Shown here piece by piece: positions 36,389 to 49,337 of a stretch of DNA of 64,000 nucleotides. The DNA is from Macrostomum hystrix (taxonomy: Eukaryota > Animalia > Platyhelminthes), in contig CATNEN010000003.1 in NCBI GenBank assembly GCA_950097015.1, forward strand, positions 4,836,001 to 4,900,000. Direction: 5' to 3'. Numbering within the stretch: the stretch's first letter is position 1; each line of letters begins with the position of its first letter. Below the pieces are notes generated by a model. It saw only the letters and a list, made by a program, of their open reading frames with translations. It was not told where the DNA came from and did not search any database. Made by a program: the position numbers and the translations under genes.

Positions 36389-36741
36389 GTGAGCAGTGAT
36401 TTTTCTATTTTTTTTATACGGTAAAATTTATAATCGAAGCTTGTCTCTTGCTCGCTTTAACTCTTCCCACTTCACACCAAGAATCCCCTTCTTCCCAAGT
36501 CTTCAAGTCTTACCAAGTTGCTTATAATATCCCATTTATTGTGTGCCTAACTCTGTCCAATGTATCAGAACTATCCCATGTCTTTAATTCCCAAATTATT
36601 TAAAATATCCCCTTTTATTGTAGTCCCAAATCTCCGGGATTCTATCTCTTCTTAAATTTATATAACAGTTTCCAAGTCTTTCTAGTATATCCACATTATT
36701 TTTGTAACCAAAATCTTCCCATTTTAATACATCATTATCAG

Positions 36742-37085
36742 GGGGTCGGTGGCAGAGCGGTTAACGCGTTTGCCTCTCGCACCAAGGTCCCTGAGTTCGA
36801 TTCCGCGACGAGGCCACATTCATTTGGGGCGCAGCCGCGGAGAGAAGGCTTGGGGGCTTGTCTTGCAATTTACGCCCTCCAGGGCACAGTGGGAGTGTAC
36901 ACTGCATGACGATGAGAAAGTCAGGGCAGATGTACACACCTGTGTGAGCTTGTGCCTGCGTATAGCATCTGTGTGCGTGTGTGCTCAGGAGTCAGCGAAA
37001 TGCGCAGAATTGCCTCCTCGCTGGCTGCGGGTCTAGTGTCACCAATTGGTGTGCCACTGCCCGAAGCCCTCCGGCAATTATATAT
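36742..37085 (+). mobile_element. tRNA-derived SINE family B, full length, in SLC26 intron 2
   Basis: A box TGGCAGAGCGG; B box AGTTCGATTCC; body shared with four other copies; AT-rich tail. Confidence 0.85.
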
Positions 37086-37231
37086 ACGAGTATATCTAAA
37101 TCGTCTAAATCATTCCATTTCTTGTTTTCTTAACGTCTTCCTAATTTAGTTTAGACTATCATCCAAGCTATCCAGAAGCCTTCCCCTTTTTCAAACCTAA
37201 AAATTATCCCATTTCCCATAAACAATCCTAG

Positions 37232-37720
37232 GCGGCCAGTCTTATCGCAGCCAGCCTAATGATTTTTGTCCTATTGTTTCTCGGCCCTCTATTCCGAGAG
37301 TTGCCAACCGCTGTCCTAGCCTGCATTATTATTGTGGCACTGAAAGGCTTGTTTATGCAATTCGCCGATGCTAAACAATTATATCGCGTGTCTAGATACG
37401 ATTTCAGCATTTGGATTGTCTGCTTTCTTGGCGTTGTAATTCTCAATGTTAGCTACGGTTTAATGCTAGGATTCGCCTATAGCCTGTTGACAGTTGTGTG
37501 TCGTACGCAATCTCCGAGCACGTCAATATTGGGCCGACTGCCAATGACCGACATCTATAAGGATGTGCGATTTTATCCTAGCGCTCTGCAAGTACCCGGC
37601 GTGGCCGTATTCAGATTCGACGGAGCTCTGTACTTTGCTAGCGTTGATAATTTTCGTTATAGACTGGTTCGTATGACCGGCTTCGATCCGAAACTGGTCG
37701 AAGCTGAACAGAAAGAACAG
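37232..37720 (+). CDS. SLC26 transporter, coding exon 3 (last TM helices and start of STAS)
   Basis: TAG|GCG acceptor; LPTAVLACIIIVALKG, LGRLPMTDIY, FRFDGALYFAS; donor CAG|GTAAGA. Confidence 0.9.
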
Positions 37721-37759
37721 GTAAGATTTTGTGTCTATAGATATTGTGCAGGGTTTTCA

Positions 37760-38480
37760 TAGAATCAAGATCTACAGATCTAAGTAATCAATATCTATAG
37801 AGACCCACATAAACCAGGATCTAGAGATCTAAAGAAAAAATATCTAGAAATCTAAAAAACCTGAATCTAGAGATCTAATAAAGAATGAATATCTAGAAAT
37901 CTGAAGAATGAATATCTAGAGATTTAAAAGATCAATATCTAGAGGTCTAAAGAACCAATATCTTGACATCTAAAGAATCAAGATCTAGAGATCTAATTAA
38001 TCAATATCTAGAGATCTAAAAATCAAAATCTCGAAATATATGGAGTAAAGAATCAATATCTAGAGATCTATGGAGTAAAGAATCAATATCTAGTGATCTA
38101 AAGAATCAATATCTAGAGATCTAACATAAAAAATCTAGAAATCTAAGGAGTAAAGAATCGAAATCTAGAGATCGAAAGAATCAAGATCTAGAGATCTAAA
38201 AAATCAAGATCTAGAGATCTAAAGAATCAAGATCTAGAGATCTAAAGAATCAAGATCTAGAGATCTAAAGAATCAAAATCTAGAGATATAAAGAGAAAAA
38301 ATGTCTAGAAATCTAAAGAATCAATATCTAGACATCTAAAAACGTGGATCTCGAGATCTAAAGAATAAATATTTAGTGATATAAATCTACATTTAAATAT
38401 CTAAAAGAGAACTAAGATTTAGAATTCGAAATAAAAAATATTTACAGCTGAATGTATTTCAGATTTCAAATCTAGATATA
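37760..38480. repeat. Minisatellite, ~23-bp unit AAGAATCAAGATCTAGAGATCTA, filling SLC26 intron 3
   Basis: Tandem unit, partly degenerate. Confidence 0.9.
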
Positions 38481-38492
38481 ATCAAATTGCAG

Positions 38493-39056
38493 CAGCTTCG
38501 AGATCGTCAGCACCAGCTAGAACTGTCGCCAGCCTCAAATTTAGTCGACGAAGACGACGACTATGACGCCGCAGTCGCCGAAGCAAGCCAGCGTCGCCAA
38601 GTTCAGCATCGTCGCGGTCTCCGTCAGAGCAGTCGCCGCCAAGTCCGCCTGCACCACATAGTGATTGAATGCTCCGGCATCAACTACATCGACAGTGTTG
38701 GAGCTAATTTTCTTCGGGTCCTCATTGCCGACTATCAACGCGTCGGCGTCGCCATCCTGTTCGCCTGCTGCAAGCATCAGTTCCGCCGGATGTGGGAGCG
38801 AAGTGAATTCGCTGACAAATACAGCATGTACGTCTCCGTGCACGACGCTGTGCTAAGCGCCCTGTCTGATTATCCAGAACAACGCGAACGATTGGCCTCT
38901 GATGCTAGAAGTTCAACAACTCCTCCAGAAACTGCCTTGAATATGACGGATGCCTGCGAGACTGGGTGCAGCAACGGCTCTGCCGCTGCTGCCGCTGCTG
39001 CTGCTTTGACTGCCGCCGCTGCAAGTATTGAAAATCGGGTTGAGCTCAATGTTTAG
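38493..39056 (+). CDS. SLC26 transporter, coding exon 4 (C-terminal part of STAS)
   Basis: HHIVIECSGINYIDSVG...YVSVHDAV STAS motif; CAGCAG tandem acceptor (start 38493 or 38496); TAG stop. Confidence 0.88.
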   Translation, partial: QLRDRQHQLELSPASNLVDEDDDYDAAVAEASQRRQVQHRRGLRQSSRRQVRLHHIVIECSGINYIDSVGANFLRVLIADYQRVGVAILFACCKHQFRRMWERSEFADKYSMYVSVHDAVLSALSDYPEQRERLASDARSSTTPPETALNMTDACETGCSNGSAAAAAAAALTAAAASIENRVELNV

Positions 39057-39149
39057 TCATCATTTTTTTGTCTTCTCCGGTAAGTATTTGTGTATGTATC
39101 ATTTATTTTATTGATTTCTCATGATTCATCTTATAAAGTCTTCAAATTT

Positions 39150-39690
39150 CTCATGACCATTCCTATAAATCATGACCATTCCTATAAATTTTGACCATTC
39201 CTATGAATTATGACCATTCCTATAAATCAGGACCATTCCTATTAATCACGAACATTCTCCTAACCTCATGACCATTCTAAAAAGCTCATGACCATTCTCC
39301 AAAGCTCATGTCCATTCCTATAAATCATGACCATTCTCCTAACCTCATGACCATTCTAAAAAGCTCATGACCATTCTTATAAATTATGACCATTCCTATA
39401 AATCAGGACCATTCCTATTAATCACGAACATTCCTATAAATCACGACCATTCTCCTAACCTCATGACCATTCTAAAAAGCTCATGACCATTCTAAAAAGT
39501 TCATGACCATTCTAAAAAGCTCATGACCATTCTAAAAAGCTCATGACCGTTCTCCGAAGCTCATGACCATTCCTATAAATCATGACCATTCTCCTAAGCT
39601 CATGACCATTCTCCAAAGCTCATGTCCATTCCTATAAATCATGACCATTCTACAAAGCTAATGATCATTCTCCTAAGCTCATAACCACTT
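39150..39690. repeat. Minisatellite, 19/20-bp unit CATGACCATTC(CTATAAAT/TAAAAAGCT)
   Basis: Tandem unit; lies inside a predicted 3'UTR intron 39080-39710. Confidence 0.9.
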
Positions 39691-41344
39691 GTCAAAAACA
39701 ATTTTTGCAGGTTTTAAACAGCACTATAGCCTGTCTACAATTGACAACTAAAAAACTAAGTTTAAGTGTGAATTTTTGAAAACCATAGCGACCTGATTAT
39801 CTATATTGAGTAATCTACTCTTTAAAAATGGCTCAACAGAAATTTTTATTTATTTAACAGCTTGCAAGTCGCACGTACATAGGTCACACTAGTGTTCTCC
39901 AGATGAGAAAAACAGTTCTCCTATTAGGATTTTGTTAATTGCCCTTTCTGTTGTTCTGTAACTGCCTGTCAATATTATGCAACAATTTAATTAATTTTTT
40001 ACAATGATAAGAATCTCTGCAATCTAAATTGCGAATTTCCCCTTAATGTTGGATTGCTAGTCTAGCAAGTTTTGTTATATTTAAAAAATCTGTAGCTCTA
40101 TTATTTTTGTTATGAAAATACTTTACAAGCATAATAAAATTTAACTGCTAGACTAGCAATCCTTATTAATATTCGGTTTTTTCTTTCGCTGTATTTGTTG
40201 CAATCTATCTATCTATTGATTTTTTTTTCAAATCAACTTCACAGCTGTATTAACGAATAGATTTAATTTTCAGATCACTTAAAGTTCTTTTATTATATTG
40301 TGCAATATTATGTAGCGTCTTCTGTGTCGATTTTATAGGGCATTAGAAACTTTCTTACTTACAAATTTCTTCTTCTATAAATTGATAGGTTCTTTTATGT
40401 TCTTTTTTTTCAGGTATTTATTTTATCGATTTTTACATATATCTAACTCTTTTTTTTCTATATCAATTTATTTGTTGCAATTCTAATGGTCACTTTTTTA
40501 TAAAATAACTCGAATATCACGCATTCTATGTTCATGTAATTTTTTTATTGTTCACGTCTTGTACTGTTTTTGCATGTTGCATCTATAGTGCGGATAAAGT
40601 ACTTTTATAATTCGATTGTACTTTACTGGTATAGTTTGGCAGTGTACTTTTGTGGTACGCGTGTACTGTAAAAGTAGGTACTAATAATGCACTTTTGTAA
40701 TTCGCTAGTTTTGGCAATGTACTTTTGTGGTACATGTGTACTCAGAAAGTAAGTACTAATAATGTACTTTTATTCTAAGTCACCAAATTAATTATAAATT
40801 TTAAGAACACTTTTGCTATTAATATTTGCGATAAATTTTTGTCTATTTCATTCTAAAAAGTCACTAATTATTTTTCTTTGAAATCGAATTTAAATGTTTT
40901 AACCGCTCTCAGATTCTGCATGACACAAGAACAATAAGCACAATTGCGGCAGTATTTTTGTTACTATATTTATTTATTGTTTCATTCGTTCGAATAATTT
41001 TGCTTGAAGAAGAAAAAACTTTTCCTGTTGAATCTGGACCACTTGTCAAATCGAAAAAAAACAAAAAGCAGTTCTCTTAAAAATCTTTGCTTCTGTGTCA
41101 AATAAAATTCGATTTGAAATACTGCAATAGTTCGTGTCTTTAATTGTTTACAGATATTCTGGTGATTCACTCGATTAGGTTCTATTATCAATCGCTTTTT
41201 ACGGTTTAAGGCAAAGGAATTAGACTGATTCGTAATTTTTGTCTGTCACAAGATGAATATTAATAGTATTATCGTTGCTTTTCGTGTTCAGCTTTCAATC
41301 ACGAATAAAAATTCTGACTTTCTCATTCAATATTTTGTTTTATA

Positions 41345-44200
41345 GTCTAGTTTATCCGACGGTCATAGACGAGTTTATCCGACGGTCATAGACTAGTTTA
41401 TCCGACGGTCATAGACTAGTTTATCCGACGGTCATAGACGAGTTTATCCGACGGTCATAGACTAGTTTATCCGACGGTCATAGACGAGTTTATCCGACAG
41501 TCATAGACTAGTTTATCCGACGGTCATAGACGAGTTTATCCGACAGTCATAGACGAGTTTATGCGACAGTCATAGACTAGTTTATCCGACGGTCATAGAC
41601 TAGTTTATACGACGGTCATAGACTAGTTTATCCGACAGTCATAGTCTAGTTTATCCGACGGTCATAGACTAGTTTATCCGACGGCCATAGACTAGTTTAT
41701 CCGAAAGTCATAGACTAGTTTATCCGACGGTCATAGACTAGTTTATCCGACAGTCATAGTCTAGTTTATCCGACGGTCATAGACTAGTTTATCCGACGGC
41801 CATAGACTAGTTTATCCGACAGTCATAGACTAGTTAATCCGACAGTCATAGACTAGTTTATCCGACAGTCATAGACTAGTTTATTCGACAGTCATAGACT
41901 AGTTTATCCGACGGCCATTGACACGTTTATCCGACAGTCATAGACTAGTTTATCCGACAGTCATAGACTAGTTTATTCGACAGTCATAGACTAGTTTATC
42001 CGACGGCCATAGACTAGTTTATCTAACAGTCATAGACTAGTTTATCCGACGGCTATTGACACGTTTATCCGACAGTCATAGACTAGTTTATCCGACAGTC
42101 ATAGACTAGTTTATCCGACGGTCATAGACTAGTTTATCCGACAGTCATAGACTAGTTTATCCGACAGTCATAGACGAGTTTATCCGAGAGTCATAGACGA
42201 GTTTATCCGAGAGTCATAGACTAGTTTATCCGACAGTCATAGACTAGTTTATCCGACAGTCATAGACGAGTTTATCCGACGGTCATAGACTAGTTTATCC
42301 GACAGTCATAGACTATTTTATCCGATGGCCATAGACTAGTTTATCCGACAGTCATAGACGAGTTTATCCGACGGTCATAGACGAGTTTATCCGACAGTCA
42401 TAGACGAGTTTATCCGACAGTCATAGACGAGTTTATCCGACAGTCATAGACGAGTTTATCCGACAGTCATAGACGAGTTTATCCGACGGTCACAGACTAG
42501 TTTATCCGACAGTCATAGACTAGTTTATCCGACAGTCATAGACGAGTTTATCCGACAGTCATAGACGAGTTTATCCGACGGTCATAGACTAGTTTATCCG
42601 ACAGTCATAGACGAGTTTATCCGACAGTCATAGACGAGTTTATCCGACAGTCATAGACGAGTTTATCCGACAGTCATAGACTAGTTTATCCGACAGTCAT
42701 AGACTAGTTTATCCGACAGTCATAGACTAGTTTATCCGACAGTCATAGACGAGTTTATCCGACGGTCATAGACTAGTTTATCCGACAGTCATAGACTATT
42801 TTATCCGATGGCCATAGACTAGTTTATCCGACAGTCATAGACGAGTTTATCCGACGGTCATAGACGAGTTTATCCGACAGTCATAGACGAGTTTATCCGA
42901 CAGTCATAGACGAGTTTATCCGACAGTCATAGACGAGTTTATCCGACAGTCATAGACGAGTTTATCCGACGGTCACAGACTAGTTTATCCGACAGTCATA
43001 GACTAGTTTATCCGACAGTCATAGACGAGTTTATCCGACAGTCATAGACGAGTTTATCCGACGGTCATAGACTAGTTTATCCGACAGTCATAGACGAGTT
43101 TATCCGACAGTCATAGACGAGTTTATCCGACAGTCATAGACGAGTTTATCCGACAGTCATAGACTAGTTTATCCGACGGTCATAGACTAGTTTATCCGAC
43201 GGTCATAGACTAGTTTATCCGACAGTCATAGTCTAGTTTATCCGACGGTCATAGACTAGTTTATCCGACGGCCATAGACTAGTTTATCCGAAAGTCATAG
43301 ACTAGTTAATCCGACAGTCATAGACGAGTTTATCCGACGGTCATAGACTAGTTTATCCGACGGTCATAGACGAGTTTATCCGACAGTCATAGACTAGTTT
43401 ATCCGACGGTCATAGACTAGTTTATCCGACGGTCATAGACTAGTTTATCCGACAGTCATAGTCTAGTTTATCCGACAGTCATAGACTAGTTTATCCGACA
43501 GTCATAGACTAGTTTATCCGACAGTCATAGACTAGTTTATCCGACAGTCATAGACTAGTTTATCCGACAGTCATAGACTAGTTTATCCGACGGTCATAGA
43601 CTAGTTTTTCCGACGGTCATAGACTAGTTTATCCGACAGTCATAGTCTAGTTTATCCGACGGTCATAGACTAGTTTATCCGACGGCCATAGACTAGTTTA
43701 TCCGACAGTCATAGACGAGTTTATCCGACGGCCATAGACTAGTTTATCCGACAGTCATAGACGAGTTTATCCGACGGTCATAGACTAGTTTATCCGACAG
43801 TCATAGACTAGTTTATCCGACAGTCATAGACTAGTTTATTCGACAGTCATAGACTAGTTTATCCAACAGTCATAGACGAGTTTATCTAACAGTCATAGAC
43901 TAGTTTATCCGACGGCCATTGACACGTTTATCCGACGGCCATAGACTAGTTTATCCGACGGCCATAGACTAGTTTATCCGACATTCATAGACTAGTTTAT
44001 CCAACAGTCATTGACGAGTTTATCTAACAGTCATAGACTAGTTTATCCGACGGCCATTGACACGTTTATCCGACGGCCATAGACTAGTTTATCCGACGGC
44101 CATAGACTAGTTTATCCGACATTCATAGACTAGTTTATCCAACAGTCATTGACGAGTTTATCTAACAGTCATAGACTAGTTTATCCGACGTCTATAGACT
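41345..44200. repeat. Minisatellite, 23-bp unit TAGTTTATCCGAC(A/G)GTCATAGAC (~120 copies)
   Basis: Read directly; contains a 483-bp higher-order duplication. Confidence 0.97.
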
Positions 44201-44404
44201 GTCATAGTTTGTCTTTTAAATTTGTCATTTAAACGTATTTAAGATTGTGTCGTTTAGACTTTGGACTTCTTGTGGACTTAAGTTTATAGATAATTATGCG
44301 TAGATTTATATTTTTTAAACGCAAAAACACATTTCAGATCTACTCAGTGTCTCCTCTTGCTACTGGTTTCTTGAAGAAGATCAGCCAAGAGAATCTAGCA
44401 AAGC

Positions 44405-44773
44405 ATGCTCACTCAAAGCTTCTCAGCCAAGCTGTGCTTGAGTAGAGTAAGCAGTTTAATCCAGACGAGGTTGTACAGCTCTGCGCCACTCGCTCCCAAA
44501 ATCACCACCCATCCTAGCAGGAACGATCGCAGTAAAGATCCACGATGGAAGGACGTCGATATGACTAGAACTGTTGACGAAGCCGACGTTGTCATTGTCG
44601 GCGGCGGCCCAGCCGGCCTATCAGCAGCCTGTCGATTGGCCCAGTTGAACGCGGAGAAGGGTACTCAAATGCGAATTGTTGTACTCGAGAAGGCTTCAGC
44701 TATTGGCGCGCATACAATGTCTGGCGCTTGTCTCGATCCCAAGGGTCTGGTCGAACTATTTCCAGATTGGAAG
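44405..44773 (+). CDS. ETFDH: Electron transfer flavoprotein-ubiquinone oxidoreductase, exon 1
   Basis: Mitochondrial-transit-like N-terminus; FAD-binding DVVIVGGGPAGLSAA; GAHTMSGAC; donor AAG|GTGAAT. Gene = join(44405-44773,45414-46208,46955-47605), about 604 aa. Confidence 0.95.
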
Positions 44774-44839
44774 GTGAATCTCATTTTTAGCATTTTTAGA
44801 GGGACATTGTATTGACATTATCAAGTTACATTTTTGCAT

Positions 44840-45355
44840 CAGAGTGACATTTTTGTGTTAGAGAGACATTGTGTTGTGTTGGAGTGTCATTTTACTGTTA
44901 GAGAGACATTATAGCCTTATTGAGGCATTACATAGAGTTTGAGTGGCATTGTAGCGTTTAGCATTGTTAGTGAGACATTGTGTAGCGTTAGAGTGGCATT
45001 GTAGTGTTAGTGAGACATTGTGTAGCGTTAGACTGACATTGTAGCGTTAGGGTGACACTGTAGCGTTAGGGTGACATTGTAGCGCTAGAGTGACATTTTA
45101 GCGTTAGAGTGACATTTTAGCGTTAGAGTGACATTTTAGCGTTAGAGTGACATTTTAGCGTTAGAGTGACATTTTAGTGTTAGAGTGACATTTTAGCGTT
45201 AGAGTGACATTTTAGCGTTAGAGTGACATTTTAGCGTTAGAGTGACATTTTAGCGTTAGAGTGACATTTTAGCGTTAGAGTGACATTTTAGCGTTAGAGT
45301 GACATTTTAGCGTTAGAGTGACATTTTAGCGTTAGAGTGACATTTTAGTGTTATA
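44840..45355. repeat. Minisatellite, 19-bp unit GTGACATTTTAGCGTTAGA in ETFDH intron 1
   Basis: Tandem unit, degenerate at the 5' edge. Confidence 0.92.
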
Positions 45356-45413
45356 GTACCTTTTTTACAGTGACATTGCTCTGGAAGTGTCCCTTTCCTA
45401 CTGCTCAATCCAG

Positions 45414-46208
45414 GAACGCGGCGCGCCTCTACACACTCCAGTCACCGGTGACAAATTCTATTTCCTAACTGAGAAGCGAGCCCTGCCATTGCCCCTACTA
45501 CCCGGCATGCCGATGCACAATCACGGCAACTATGTTGTACGCCTTGGCAATGTGGTCGCTTGGCTAGGCCAGCAGGCTGAATCGCTGGGCGTTGAAGTCT
45601 ACCCCGGTGTCGCCGCGGCCGAGGTTCTGTACACCGAGGATGGCTCCGCTGTGCGCGGCATCGCCACTAACGACGTCGGCATAGCCAAGGATGGCGCGCC
45701 TAAGGATAGCTTTGAACGAGGCATGGAATTTCACTGTAAACAGCTAATCGTAGCTGAAGGCACCCATGGCCACCTGGCTAAGCATCTAATTAAGCGTTAC
45801 AATTTAAGATCGGATTGCGAACCTCAGACCTACGGCATCGGATTCAAGGAGCTGTGGGAATTGGACGAAGCTCGCTGGCGACCGGGCTATGTTGAGCACG
45901 GAGTCGGCTGGCCACTGGATAGCGGCACCTACGGCGGCTATTTCATCTATCATCTGAACGAAGGCGCACCAATGGCCGCTGTTGGATTTGTTGTTGGCTT
46001 AGATTATTCTAATCCGTATTTGAGTCCGTTTAGAGAATTTCAACAATTCAAGCATCACCCGCATGTGGCGGCTAATCTGGTTGGCGGAAAACGGATTGGC
46101 TACGGCGCTAGGGCGCTTAACGAGGGCGGCATTCAAAGCCTGCCGAAGCTGACCTTTCCTGGTGGCTGCTTAGTTGGCTGCACCGCCGGGCTCATCAATG
46201 TGCCCAAG
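45414..46208 (+). CDS. ETFDH: ETF-QO, exon 2
   Basis: [33 protein letters not shown]...NVPK; both junctions phase 0. Confidence 0.95.
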
Positions 46209-46234
46209 GTTGGTGGGGGTTCCGCCTTAGAGCA

Positions 46235-46408
46235 TGGCAACATTGGTGGGAGGGAGGTCCCTGAGCTCGATTCCGCGCCGGGGCCACATTAATTTGGCTT
46301 GTCGTGCAATTTTACTACGCTTTTTAGGGCCAACCTTCAAAGGCACAGTGAGAGTGTACACTGCATGACGATGAAAAGTCACACTTCTGTGAGCGTCACA
46401 CCTGTGTG
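46235..46408 (+). mobile_element. SINE family B, deleted fragment at the start of ETFDH intron 2
   Basis: GGTCCCTGAGCTCGATTCCGCG...GGCCACATT and GGCACAGTGAGAGTGTACACTGCATGACGATGA match the copy at 36742. Confidence 0.75.
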
Positions 46409-46409
46409 T

Positions 46410-46892
46410 AGAATGGTATCTTTAGGAATATAGAATAGGAACTTGAGGAATATAGAATGGGATCTTTAGGGATATAAAATAGAATGGGATCTTTAGGTAT
46501 ATAGATAGAATGGGATCTTTAGGGATATAGAATGATTCTTTAGAAATATAGAATAGGAACTTAAGGAATATAGAATGGGATCTTTAGGGATATAGAATGG
46601 GATCTTTAGGGATGTAGATAGAATGGGATCTTTAGGGATATAGAATGATTCTTTAGAAATATAGAATAGGAATTTGAGGAATATAGAATGGGATCTTTAG
46701 GGATATAGAATGGGATCTTTAGGGATATAGAATGGGATCTTTAGGAATACAGGATGGGATCTTTAGGAATATAGAATGGGATCTTTAGGAATATAGAATG
46801 GGATCTTTAAAATTATATAATATTAACTTGAGGAATATAGAATGGGATCTTTATGAATATAGAATGGGATCTTTATGAATATAGAATGGGAT
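46410..46892. repeat. Minisatellite, ~22-bp unit ATATAGAATGGGATCTTTAGG(G/A) in ETFDH intron 2
   Basis: Tandem unit read directly. Confidence 0.92.
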
Positions 46893-46954
46893 CTGATTGA
46901 AGAAATGTGATCTTCGAGAAGAAGTATGATCTCAGTCACCCCGCATGCCACTAG

Positions 46955-47605
46955 GTTAAAGGCACTCACAATGCAATGAAATCCGGTTCCCTGGCAGCCG
47001 AAGCTGTTCATTCGGCTGTGCAATCTGGCGAAATCGAACCCGCGTCCTACGAAGCTGCCCTTCGAGACTCGTGGGTCTACAAAGAGCTGCACAGCGTTAG
47101 GAATATTCGGCCTAGCTTTCATTTGCTCAAGGGTCGCCTTGGTTTATTTGGCGGCATGGCCTACACTGGCGCCGTTTGGTATTTGATGCGCGGACGCGAA
47201 CCATGGACCTTGTCGCACGGCGGACCTGACCATACCAAACTTCTCCCAGCCAAGGATGCTAAGCCGCGCGATTATCCCAAACCGGACGGCGTACTGTCGT
47301 TCGATCTATTGACTAGCGTGGCTCTGACTGGGACCAATCACGATCACGATCAGCCAGCTCATCTCACTCTGTACAATGACTCAGTGCCTGGCCAGGTTAA
47401 TCTACCAGTCTACGACGGCCCAGAGCAGAGATTCTGTCCCGCTGGTGTCTACGAATATGTCGAACTAGACGACGGCTCCAAGAGGCTGCAGATCAATGCT
47501 CAGAATTGCATCCACTGCAAGACCTGTGATATTAAAGATCCCACTCAGAATATTAATTGGGTCACTCCGCAGGGCGGCGAGGGCCCAGCCTACAACGGCA
47601 TGTGA
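46955..47605 (+). CDS. ETFDH: ETF-QO, exon 3 (4Fe-4S domain)
   Basis: [11 protein letters not shown]; FCPAGVYE...[13 protein letters not shown]...[10 protein letters not shown] then stop. Confidence 0.95.
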   Translation, partial: VKGTHNAMKSGSLAAEAVHSAVQSGEIEPASYEAALRDSWVYKELHSVRNIRPSFHLLKGRLGLFGGMAYTGAVWYLMRGREPWTLSHGGPDHTKLLPAKDAKPRDYPKPDGVLSFDLLTSVALTGTNHDHDQPAHLTLYNDSVPGQVNLPVYDGPEQRFCPAGVYEYVELDDGSKRLQINAQNCIHCKTCDIKDPTQNINWVTPQGGEGPAYNGM

Positions 47606-47889
47606 CATTGTAGCATCGATCAAAAACTTTTCACATTTGGTCGCGATGATTCTACTGATCTGTTAATATTTTTATTGCGAGTAGGGCTTAATTGAAAACA
47701 GTGTAATTTAATCGTGTTTTTTTATATCCCAACCCTCAAATTGGCCAAATCCTCAAAAAATCTTCGAAAATAACTTTACTGGCGAAGAAATCAATCCTTC
47801 GCATTTGCTATTAGAAAATATGACTCCCCACCCGCCGTTTTTTATTACTAGTCCCGTTATCAAAATCATTAATTTTGTTTGTCAGAGTC

Positions 47890-48790
47890 CCTTAATCCCA
47901 TTATCGGAATTCCTAATCCCATTATCTTAATCCCTAATCCCATTATCATTATCCCTAATCCTATTATCAGAATTTCTAATCACATTATCGGAATCCTTAA
48001 TCCCATTATCGGAATTCCTAATCCCATTATCTTAATCCCTAATCCCATTATCATTATCCCTAATCCTATTATCAGAATTTCTAATCCCATTATCGGAATC
48101 CTTAATCCCATTATCGGAATTCCTAATCCCATAATCAGAATTACTAATCCCATTATCGGAATCCCTAATCCCATTATCGGAATTCCTAATCCCATTATCG
48201 GAATTCCTAATCCCATTATCGGAATCCTTAATCCCATAATCAGAATTACTAATCCCATTATCGGAATCCCTAATCCCATTATCGGAATTCCTAATCCCAT
48301 TATCGGAATTCCTAATCCCATTATCGGAATCCTTAATCCCATTTTCGGAATTCCTAATCCCATAATCAGAATTACTAATCCCATTATCGGAATCTCTAAT
48401 CCCATTATCGGAATTCCTAATCCCATTATCGGAATTCCTAATCCCATTATCGGAATCCTTAATCCCATTTTCGGAATTCCTAATCCCATAATCAGAATTT
48501 CTAATCCCATTATCGGAATCCCTAATCCCATAATCAGAATTACTAATCCCATAATCGGAATCCCTAATCCCATTATCGGAATCCCTAATCCCATTATCGG
48601 AATCCCTAATCCCATTATCGGAATCCCTAATCCATTTATCAGAATCACTAATCCCATTATCGGAATCCCTAGTCCCATTATCGGAATCCCTAATCCCATT
48701 ATCCGAATCCCTAATCCCATTATCGGAATCCCTAATCCAATTGTCAGAATCCTTAATACCATCATCAGAGTCCCAAATCCGATTGTCAGA
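47890..48790. repeat. Minisatellite, 21-bp unit CTAATCCCATTATCGGAAT(C/T)C
   Basis: Tandem unit; produces the NPIIGIP repeat ORF. Confidence 0.95.
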
Positions 48791-49337
48791 TTATTTACTC
48801 AAATAAAAACCCCCTCTCCTACGCTTTGAATCCCCTATTCCATTGTTAGAATCCCATATCGCATTAGTTCGCCAATTAATCGCCAATTATCTTAAATCGT
48901 GCCTCAAGTCTGTAAGGTAAAGTTTTTCCCAAATATACCCACTGACTATAATTTATGTGACATCTATATGTTATACATTAGTATGGCATTTTTCATTTCT
49001 AATAAAGTCTTGTTCAATAACAAGTGCTCTAATTGATATACCGTTGACCATTATTTGAATTGATGCAATCGTCGCTTAATTCCATTTAAACAAAACCGTG
49101 TAGCTAGATTTATAGTTGGGCACTTTGTCGGGGTTCAAATATTGGAATTGTAATATAGTAGTGTTCATTATTTGCTTGTATGAAGTTGATTTCATGTTAT
49201 TTTTTTGGTTCAATATATAGGCAGACAACACTGGTTGAATAAAGCTTTTGGTGCGTTTTTTCGTTTTATACTTTTTCATTTTGTTTTTTTAGAAAAAACA
49301 AATAGTTTGTAGTTAAAATTATTTGCTAAGTGTTAGA

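Noticed and set aside
41345-44200. CRISPR-like appearance of the 23-32-bp repeats
   Set aside because: The units are head-to-tail with no unique spacers, there are no cas genes, and the context is a spliced eukaryotic genome.
47890-48790. Telomere-like CCCTAA in the 21-bp unit
   Set aside because: At most one hexamer per unit and no (TTAGGG)n run.
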